Below are positions 30,883-35,878 of a DNA stretch of 35,878 nt, one piece after another. Origin of the DNA: Candidatus Gottesmanbacteria bacterium. GTDB taxonomy: Bacteria; Patescibacteriota; Microgenomatia; UBA10105; UBA927. Made by a program: the position numbers and the translations under genes. The first letter of the stretch is position 1, and each line of letters begins with the position of its first letter. The stretch lies in NCBI GenBank assembly GCA_026396845.1, contig JAPLWC010000001.1:11932-47809 (forward strand). The letters are read 5' to 3'. The notes beneath the pieces are model-generated. The model saw only the letters and a program-made list of their open reading frames with translations, searched no databases and was not told the origin of the DNA.

Positions 30883-30891
30883 ATCATATCA
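30883..30891 (-). promoter_or_regulatory. Extended -10 element (TGATATGAT) upstream of VKOR
   Basis: The complement of 30883-30891 reads TGATATGAT. It lies 11 nt from the ATG at 30871. Confidence 0.35.
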
Positions 30892-30920
30892 TGCATGGAA
30901 TACTAGAGAGATACATATGA

Positions 30921-31580
30921 ATGACTGCCCGTATGGATTCTAGCGTAACGAAAACACTTGAGACGTTTTTCGGTAAGTTTACGCGCCTGAAATACGGGAA
31001 AGGTGTAATTATTCTTCGGGCGGAGGATGCCCCGAGGGGCGTGATGTACCTCAAAAGAGGGTACGTGCGCCAATATATGGTGGACGAGTCAGGCACAATA
31101 CTCATGCTTCATATTTTTAAGCCAAATTCATTCTTTCCGATGACATGGGTAGTCAATGATGAGCCGAATCGGTATTATCTGGAGGCGGTGACACCGGTTG
31201 AACTCTGGCGGGCGCCCAAAAAAGCAGTCAGGGAATTTTTACACGATAACCCTTTGGTTGTTTATGATCTGGTACGACGGCTTCTTTTAGGTCTCTGTGG
31301 TTGCAGGCACCGAATTGAACATTTGGTAACGGGTACCGCGTATAAAAAGACGGTCCTTTTGCTTCTGTATTTAGCCCGTTCTCTCGGCGAAAAAGAAGTA
31401 TCGGCTATCGTTCTTCCCGTGCCAGTTACCCACTGGGAAATTGCTGCGTGGATCGGGACGACCCGGGAAACGGCGAGTTTGCAGGTGGCAATACTCAAAA
31501 AATTAGGGCTCATTCACTGCCGCCGAAGGCAACTCGTGATCCCGAGCCTTAAGAGGCTGGAAACGGAAATAGCACGGTAG
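30921..31580 (+). CDS. Crp/Fnr-family transcription regulator
   Basis: An N-terminal cNMP-binding-like beta-roll (YLKRGYVRQYMVDESGTILMLHIF) and a C-terminal HTH (THWEIAAWIGTTRETASLQVAILKKLGLI). Confidence 0.75.
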   Translation: MTARMDSSVTKTLETFFGKFTRLKYGKGVIILRAEDAPRGVMYLKRGYVRQYMVDESGTILMLHIFKPNSFFPMTWVVNDEPNRYYLEAVTPVELWRAPKKAVREFLHDNPLVVYDLVRRLLLGLCGCRHRIEHLVTGTAYKKTVLLLLYLARSLGEKEVSAIVLPVPVTHWEIAAWIGTTRETASLQVAILKKLGLIHCRRRQLVIPSLKRLETEIAR

Positions 31581-31914
31581 GGAAATCGGTAATTCTCTTT
31601 CCGGTAATTTTGATTCCTTCCATTCGCAGCATTCGTATTTTTTTGGCTATCTCGCCCCCGCAATTGGCCCCCATAAATCCGCCGATGGTGCCATCACTTG
31701 CGACCACCCGGTGGCAGGGGACCCTTCGGCTTCGCTCAGGGCAAGCTGGGTAGCTGTACGGATTATGCTTCATAAATTGACCAATCGCGTGGTATGCCTT
31801 CGTGCCCAGCGCGTCAGCGAGAGCCTTGTACGTCGTGACGCGTCCGCGGGGAACTTTTTTAAGGAGTTGGTACGTTCGTTTGGCAAGCGGTGTCAGCTCA
31901 ATAGGTTTTTTCAT
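31549..31914 (-). CDS. ogt: Methylated-DNA-protein-cysteine methyltransferase, C-terminal domain only, with insertion next to the active site
   Basis: VPRGRVTTYKALADALG, the active-site PCHRVV, and GGF...KIRMLRMEGI. 13 residues separate NP from PCHR, where I recall 5 in E. coli Ogt. Confidence 0.8.
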   Translation of the reverse strand: MKKPIELTPLAKRTYQLLKKVPRGRVTTYKALADALGTKAYHAIGQFMKHNPYSYPACPERSRRVPCHRVVASDGTIGGFMGANCGGEIAKKIRMLRMEGIKITGKRITDFPTVLFPFPAS

Positions 31915-32596
31915 TTAAGTTTGTCAAAAAATGAACGGCGAGCGGAATCTGGTTATGAGATAGAAATACCGCTACAGCGCCGGCTTTGGGTAAATATAAA
32001 GCATCCCGAAGGTTTTCGGGAGAGGGGAGCGCCCCTTGAATAATGTCCCGCAATAACCACGCGGTCGGGTCACCGTGAGACATCAAAACGCCGGTTTCTC
32101 CTTGGTGAAGATGCTCAGCCATCATAACAAGCGTTTGTTTCATTCGTGCAGCGACCGCTTGCGGAGTTTCCTCGGCAAGGGAGTATACATCTCCATGTAA
32201 CTTTTCCAATTGCGCCATGGTCATGTGTTGTCTATACGGAGTCGGACTCAGTACGTCATCGAGTATATCGTTTGTTTGAACATCCGTCACTCCCAAGGTT
32301 TGGGCAAGAATTACTGCTGATTCTTTGGCTCGGGACGTTGGACTCGTCCAGATTGTTGTTACTTGAAATTTATGAGATTTAATAATCCCTGCAAGCGCTT
32401 GCATTTGTTCTTCCCCTTCTTTTGAGAGATGAACCCAATCTTTCCGGTCCATGACGCTGTCCCGGTTGTACAAAAGACCCGAGGGATTCAGAAATTTCCC
32501 ATGTCGTACGATGATAACGATGCATTTTGTGTCCTGAGGATGGACGAACACCTCTGTGTGATCATACACAGGGATACTATGTTCAACATTAAACAT
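31898..32596 (-). CDS. Histidine phosphatase (phosphoglycerate mutase-like) family protein
   Basis: The RHG motif (IIVRHGKF) and the distal MSHGD histidine. Confidence 0.75.
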   Translation of the reverse strand: MFNVEHSIPVYDHTEVFVHPQDTKCIVIIVRHGKFLNPSGLLYNRDSVMDRKDWVHLSKEGEEQMQALAGIIKSHKFQVTTIWTSPTSRAKESAVILAQTLGVTDVQTNDILDDVLSPTPYRQHMTMAQLEKLHGDVYSLAEETPQAVAARMKQTLVMMAEHLHQGETGVLMSHGDPTAWLLRDIIQGALPSPENLRDALYLPKAGAVAVFLSHNQIPLAVHFLTNLNEKTY

Positions 32597-32605
32597 GCGG
32601 AGCCT

Positions 32606-32633
32606 ATTATATCGAAATTCTTTTTAACTGCAA
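32606..32633 (-). promoter_or_regulatory. Promoter TTGCAG-16-TATAAT, 9 nt upstream of the histidine phosphatase ATG
   Basis: The complement of 32628-32633 is TTGCAG and the complement of 32606-32611 is TATAAT. AGGCTCCGC and then the ATG at 32596 follow. Confidence 0.5.
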
Positions 32634-32686
32634 GGACGCTGATAATATTTTTGTTCAATAATGTAGTTACGGCATACTCGGGTCAT

Positions 32687-32718
32687 GCTCCCCGCATTGA
32701 CGATTATCAGCGGGGAGC
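32687..32718. terminator. GC-rich hairpin GCTCCCCGC-N14-GCGGGGAGC downstream of csoR (no U-tract)
   Basis: Perfect 9-bp stem, starting 16 nt after the csoR stop on the minus strand. Confidence 0.35.
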
Positions 32719-32733
32719 ACCTTCACGTTGAGA

Positions 32734-33153
32734 TTATTTATTACATGTACAATCTTTGCAATCGCATGTACATTGGCCTTTTTTGCCTGCCTGCCGGTCA
32801 GGCAGGTCTTTTGGACAGGCACAAGTGCAATGTTCACACGAACAGTTTTTACAGCAACATTTGTGGGTTGGAGCAACAGTTTTATTCATAATATCCATCA
32901 CCTCCTTTACAACATCACGGGTATTTCCTTTTTTAATTTCCGTCGCAACACACGTTTGAAGATGATTTTGCATGATAATACTGTCCGTGTGTTTGAGTGC
33001 AGCCTGCACTGCTTCTGACTGATTGATAACATCGATGCAATAAGCCCCGCGTTTGACCATATCGATGACCGTGTCTAATTGTCCGTGAGCGATTTGCAGG
33101 CGGTGGAGAATGGCATGATTGACTGATTTGTCTCGCGGTATCCCTTTCGGCAT
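32734..33153 (-). CDS. csoR: CsoR/RcnR-family copper-sensing repressor with C-terminal metallothionein-like Cys-rich tail
   Basis: The C39...H64...C68 spacing (C-25-H-4-C) matches what I recall for B. subtilis CsoR (C45/H70/C74). LHRLQIAHGQLDTVIDMV marks the start of the DUF156 helix. Residues 99-139 contain 13 Cys. ATG at 33153. Confidence 0.8.
   Translation of the reverse strand: MPKGIPRDKSVNHAILHRLQIAHGQLDTVIDMVKRGAYCIDVINQSEAVQAALKHTDSIIMQNHLQTCVATEIKKGNTRDVVKEVMDIMNKTVAPTHKCCCKNCSCEHCTCACPKDLPDRQAGKKGQCTCDCKDCTCNK
32786..32806 (+). other. Terminator-like stem-loop CCTGCCTG-CCGGT-CAGGCAGG followed by TCTTTTGG, inside the csoR tail coding region and oriented antisense to csoR
   Basis: Perfect 8-bp stem and 5-nt loop. 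It is flanked by T6 (32779-32784) upstream and TCTTTT downstream on the plus strand. Confidence 0.4.
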
Positions 33154-33156
33154 ATT

Positions 33157-33175
33157 TATCCCCCTATAGGGGATA
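33157..33175. promoter_or_regulatory. CsoR-type operator: TATCCCCC-TATA-GGGGATA
   Basis: A GC-tract pseudo-palindrome flanked by AT, like known CsoR boxes. It sits between the csoR -10 box and the csoR ATG. Confidence 0.55.
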
Positions 33176-33203
33176 TAATATACCTGTTGCACTTGTTTGT
33201 CAA
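33175..33203 (-). promoter_or_regulatory. csoR promoter TTGACA-17-TATTAT
   Basis: The complement of 33198-33203 is TTGACA and the complement of 33175-33180 is TATTAT. The operator fills the 21 nt to the ATG. Confidence 0.55.
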
Positions 33204-33216
33204 GGACCGCTACAAT
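33187..33216 (+). promoter_or_regulatory. Candidate promoter TTGCAC-18-TACAAT for the permease-copZ operon
   Basis: The -10 box ends 9 nt before ATG 33226, with no Shine-Dalgarno. An alternative TATAAT at 33174-33179 overlaps the operator. Confidence 0.35.
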
Positions 33217-33225
33217 GGTAAATCT

Positions 33226-34236
33226 ATGACACTGATTTGGCTTGCGTTTCTGACAGGACTTACCACGGGCGGGATTTCGTGTCTCGCTGTGCAAGGGGGG
33301 CTCTTGGCGACGGCAATGAGCAAACCATCCGAAACACCGGATCCGGCAGGTAAGCCGGCAAATCGGTGGCTGCAGGTGGGTATGTTTGTGGTATTCAAGC
33401 TTGTTGCGTACACGCTCCTTGGATTTTTGCTCGGGCTTATCGGATCAACCTTAACCCTGACACCAAAAGTATTGGGATGGGTGCAGATCGGGGCCGGGCT
33501 ATTTATGATCGCAACGGCACTGCGCATGATTGATGCGCACCCTATTTTCCGGTACTTTGTGATTCGGCCCCCGCGGTGGGCATTCCGGATCATGAAAAAT
33601 ACAAGCAGGAGCCAATCCCTGTTTGCGCCTGCACTATTGGGTTTCCTTACGATCCTGTTGCCCTGCGGGGTCACCCAGGCAACCATGGCGGTAGCGGTTG
33701 CCAGCGGCAATCCTGTATCCGGAGCCGCGATTCTGTTCGCCTTCATATTAGGAACCAGCCCGGTATTTTTTGTACTTGGTGCGACGGTTGTGGAGCTTCT
33801 TCAAAAGAAAGTATTTTCGTATGCTGCCGCGGCAATTATTGCCGTATTTGCCGTGATTTCGATTAACGGGGGATTGGGGCTCACCGGTTCGCCGTATACG
33901 CTGCAAAATTACTACCGTGCAGCAACTGGTGAAGTTGGTACGGGTAATTCCGCCTCGGTTATCGGCGGTGTTCAAGATGTTTCAATAACCGTTCGAAGTA
34001 ACGGCTATACGGCTAGCGCAACTACGATAAAACGCGGTGTTCCCGTACGGCTTACGCTCGTAACGGATAACACACAGGGGTGCGTCCGGGCATTTACTAT
34101 ACCGGAATTCAATATTTCTAAAGTATTGCCGGTGACAGGAACAGAGACTTTGGAATTTACCCCGCAAAAGACCGGGAGGCTCGCGTATTCCTGCAGTATG
34201 GGCATGTATACCGGCGCATTTACTGTGGAGGATTGA
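33226..34236 (+). CDS. Multi-TM permease (TauE/SafE- or DsbD_2-like, paired Cys motifs) fused to a C-terminal cupredoxin-like domain
   Basis: GGISCLAVQGG and LLPCGVTQA occur in two pseudo-repeat halves. The C-terminal ~95 aa (VSITVRSNGYTASATTIKRGVPVRLTLVTDN...LAYSCSMGMYTGAFTV) looks like a cupredoxin/EfeO-type beta-sandwich. Confidence 0.6.
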   Translation: MTLIWLAFLTGLTTGGISCLAVQGGLLATAMSKPSETPDPAGKPANRWLQVGMFVVFKLVAYTLLGFLLGLIGSTLTLTPKVLGWVQIGAGLFMIATALRMIDAHPIFRYFVIRPPRWAFRIMKNTSRSQSLFAPALLGFLTILLPCGVTQATMAVAVASGNPVSGAAILFAFILGTSPVFFVLGATVVELLQKKVFSYAAAAIIAVFAVISINGGLGLTGSPYTLQNYYRAATGEVGTGNSASVIGGVQDVSITVRSNGYTASATTIKRGVPVRLTLVTDNTQGCVRAFTIPEFNISKVLPVTGTETLEFTPQKTGRLAYSCSMGMYTGAFTVED

Positions 34237-34237
34237 T

Positions 34238-34438
34238 ATGACGAAAAAAACATTCAAAATTGACGGCATGCATTGCACGAGTTGTGCGCTCATGATCGAA
34301 AGCGACTTTGAGGACGCAGGAGTCACGGCTGTGTGCAATTATGCCAAACAGACGCTGACTGTTGAGTTTGACGAGAAAAAGATCGCAGAAGTGAAGATCA
34401 CGGATGTAGTCGCGAAAGCAGGGTATCAAATCGTTTGA
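34238..34438 (+). CDS. copZ: Heavy-metal-associated (HMA) copper chaperone
   Basis: The GMHCTSC metal-binding motif in a 66-aa ferredoxin-like layout. The GGAGGA Shine-Dalgarno lies inside the end of the upstream gene. Confidence 0.85.
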   Translation: MTKKTFKIDGMHCTSCALMIESDFEDAGVTAVCNYAKQTLTVEFDEKKIAEVKITDVVAKAGYQIV

Positions 34439-34823
34439 GCGCGTCTTCGTGGGACGTAAACACGATTTCTTTTTTGACCGCAGGACAGCCCCGAAGCATG
34501 CGCGAGATGCGTTTACCCTTTTCATAGAGAATATAGACCGGAATGTTATGTGTGTTGGCATATTCGATCTCAATGCCGGTACCGACAGACGAGTCGCCTA
34601 CGTAAGCAACCATAACGTCGCTTTGGGATAGTTGTTTGATGTCTTTGCGATACACATCCTGAGGTGGGACATCGGGATTGAGGATCGGGTCCGTGCCGTT
34701 TAAGAATGCCCAAAAATAATCAAAACCGTTCGCTTTGGCCACATCGGCCAGCCGGCGATAGAATGCTTTTGTGGTTTCGGGATCTTTGAGGTCGTTCAGC
34801 GGTCCGGCAAAAAATATGCGCAT
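34398..34823 (-). CDS. Nucleoside 2-deoxyribosyltransferase-like protein
   Basis: MRIFFAGPL at the N-terminus and VGDSSVGTGIEIEYA (a D..G...E.G-like catalytic Glu region). The 3' end overlaps copZ by 41 nt (convergent). Confidence 0.55.
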   Translation of the reverse strand: MRIFFAGPLNDLKDPETTKAFYRRLADVAKANGFDYFWAFLNGTDPILNPDVPPQDVYRKDIKQLSQSDVMVAYVGDSSVGTGIEIEYANTHNIPVYILYEKGKRISRMLRGCPAVKKEIVFTSHEDALKRFDTLLSRLHP

Positions 34824-34870
34824 AAGAAACTTATTGTACAATAAAATTAACAATGGTACACTGGGGATCT

Positions 34871-35194
34871 ATGAAAGATATAGCGATAACCGATGCAAAT
34901 TTTGATACGGAAGTCTTAAAAAATGACAAGCCGGTACTGGTGGATTTCTGGGCGGTGTGGTGCGGTCCGTGTCAAACGCAGGGGCCGATTCTGGAGGAAG
35001 TCGCCAAGGCCATGGAAGGGAAAGCAAAAATAGGGAAGCTCAATGTGGATGAAAATTCGGAGGTATCCCAAAAATTCGGTATCATGAGCATTCCGACGCT
35101 TATGATTTTCAAAGGCGGGATGGTTGTGAAGCAGTTTATCGGCGTTCAGAGCAAAGAAACACTATTGGGGGAATTAAATAAATTAATCAACTAA
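34871..35194 (+). CDS. trxA: Thioredoxin
   Basis: VDFWAVWCGPCQ, the active-site WCGPC, and IPTLMIFKGG. Confidence 0.95.
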   Translation: MKDIAITDANFDTEVLKNDKPVLVDFWAVWCGPCQTQGPILEEVAKAMEGKAKIGKLNVDENSEVSQKFGIMSIPTLMIFKGGMVVKQFIGVQSKETLLGELNKLIN

Positions 35195-35274
35195 TCAACT
35201 AATTTCCAATCAACTAATTATTCAATTCTATTTGATGATTTGTTGATTAGATGATTGGTATTTATTTGTTGATT
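35185..35274. repeat. AT-rich array of direct and inverted AATCAAC(T/A)AAT-like motifs between trxA and trxB
   Basis: AATCAACTA occurs at 35185, 35193 and 35208 (forward). TTTGTTGATT occurs at 35239-35248 and 35265-35274 (inverted). The 13-nt arms CCAATCAACTAAT (35206-35218) and ATTAGATGATTGG (35246-35258) pair with one central mismatch. Confidence 0.7.
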
Positions 35275-35279
35275 TTTCT

Positions 35280-35878
35280 ATGTACGACGTTATCATTATC
35301 GGATCCGGCCCGGCCGGATATACCGCAGCACTCTATACCTCACGGGCGTTTTTGAAAACAATAATATTCACGGGCTTGGAGGAGGGCGGGCAGCTCACGA
35401 CAACGACGGAAGTCGAAAATTTCCCCGGATTTCCCAAAGGGATTACGGGGCCACAGTTGATGCTGGATATGAAAGCTCAGGTGGAGAGGTTCGGAACCCA
35501 GATTGAAGTGTCGGAAGTGTCAAAGGTGTCAAAAACGCCACAAGGGAACACATTTGTCGTTGTTGCGGGCGGAAAAGAATATGAGGCGAGAGCAGTGATT
35601 GTGGCTTCAGGCGCGGCGGCACAGTATTTAGGACTGCCGTCAGAAAAAAAGCTGGCGGGCAAGGGTGTTTCTGCATGCGCCACGTGCGACGGGTTTTTCT
35701 TCAAAGGGAAAGAAGTGGTTGTCGTCGGGGGCGGGGATACCGCGATGGAAGAGGCAAATTTCCTGACCACGTTTGCCACTAAAGTGACCATTATTCACCG
35801 GAGGGGTGAATTTAGGGCAAGCCCCATCATGCTGGAGCGTGCTAAAAAGAATCCCAAGATTACCATGCTCACCAATAA
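35280..35878 (+). CDS. trxB: Thioredoxin reductase, N-terminal ~199 codons (runs off the window end)
   Basis: Not in the supplied track because it is edge-truncated. [19 protein letters not shown], the redox-active CATCDG, and the second dinucleotide motif [14 protein letters not shown]. Confidence 0.95.
   Translation, partial: MYDVIIIGSGPAGYTAALYTSRAFLKTIIFTGLEEGGQLTTTTEVENFPGFPKGITGPQLMLDMKAQVERFGTQIEVSEVSKVSKTPQGNTFVVVAGGKEYEARAVIVASGAAAQYLGLPSEKKLAGKGVSACATCDGFFFKGKEVVVVGGGDTAMEEANFLTTFATKVTIIHRRGEFRASPIMLERAKKNPKITMLTN

Noticed and set aside
30872-30920. A Crp/Fnr-type operator (TGTGA-N6-TCACA or TTGAT-N4-ATCAA) in the VKOR/crp divergent spacer.
   Set aside because: No such dyad is present, only AT-rich ATATCATATCATGCAT without a matching inverted half.
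35185-35274. The trxA-trxB motif array as a DnaA-box cluster/oriC or as a MITE.
   Set aside because: The motif does not resemble TTATCCACA. No dnaA or dnaN is adjacent. I saw no terminal inverted repeats with a target-site duplication and no other copy in the window.
1-35878. An alternative genetic code (UGA recoding, as in some CPR lineages).
   Set aside because: Many motif-verified genes end at TGA with family-typical lengths (for example the Nudix-like gene at 5821 and the permease at 34236). No conserved domain is interrupted by in-frame TGA.

Overview
This is a gene-dense 35.9-kb bacterial window with about 52 protein-coding genes. It uses the standard genetic code. Most intergenic gaps are under 100 nt, there are many 4-nt ATGA start/stop overlaps, and several convergent genes overlap at their 3' ends. 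I found no rRNA, tRNA, CRISPR array, transposase or integrase. Two edge-truncated genes are missing from the supplied ORF track and were recovered by hand: 1..734 on the minus strand, and trxB from 35280. The gene content suggests a reduced-genome, possibly CPR/Patescibacteria-like organism (inference only). It includes many nucleoside-salvage enzymes, short membrane ORFs, membrane-anchored proteins with repeated ILSTFKF-ending modules, a Lig1-type ATP-dependent DNA ligase and Endonuclease Q. Layout: (i) 1-9.8 kb is a nucleoside/nucleotide-handling island bracketed by inverted paralogs of an atypical PEP-utilising-type ATP-grasp protein, and it ends in a split or frameshifted ATP-grasp/phosphohistidine/PPDK_N locus. 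(ii) recF and nnrD follow. (iii) 11.7-19.6 kb is rich in toxin-antitoxin genes (RelE/Phd, AbiEii with an unusual small partner, HicAB, Fic) interleaved with three paralogous surface-protein genes. (iv) Next come the ligase, a GT2 glycosyltransferase and EndoQ. (v) A pth/acyP operon runs into a membrane protein coupled to a HEPN-like protein, then an alpha/beta hydrolase and a CPBP protease. (vi) The last block is redox/metal-related: VKOR-SDR, Crp, MGMT, a histidine phosphatase, CsoR with a metallothionein-like tail, a permease-cupredoxin fusion, CopZ, an NDT-like protein, trxA and trxB. The best candidates for something undescribed are the 8115..9798 locus with its island, the paralog array with the embedded AbiEii pair, the membrane/HEPN-like pair, and the CopA-less copper module. 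Many first-in-operon genes carry extended -10 boxes 6-13 nt upstream of the ATG with no Shine-Dalgarno, which suggests leaderless mRNAs. All calls rest on motif recognition by eye; no database search was possible.
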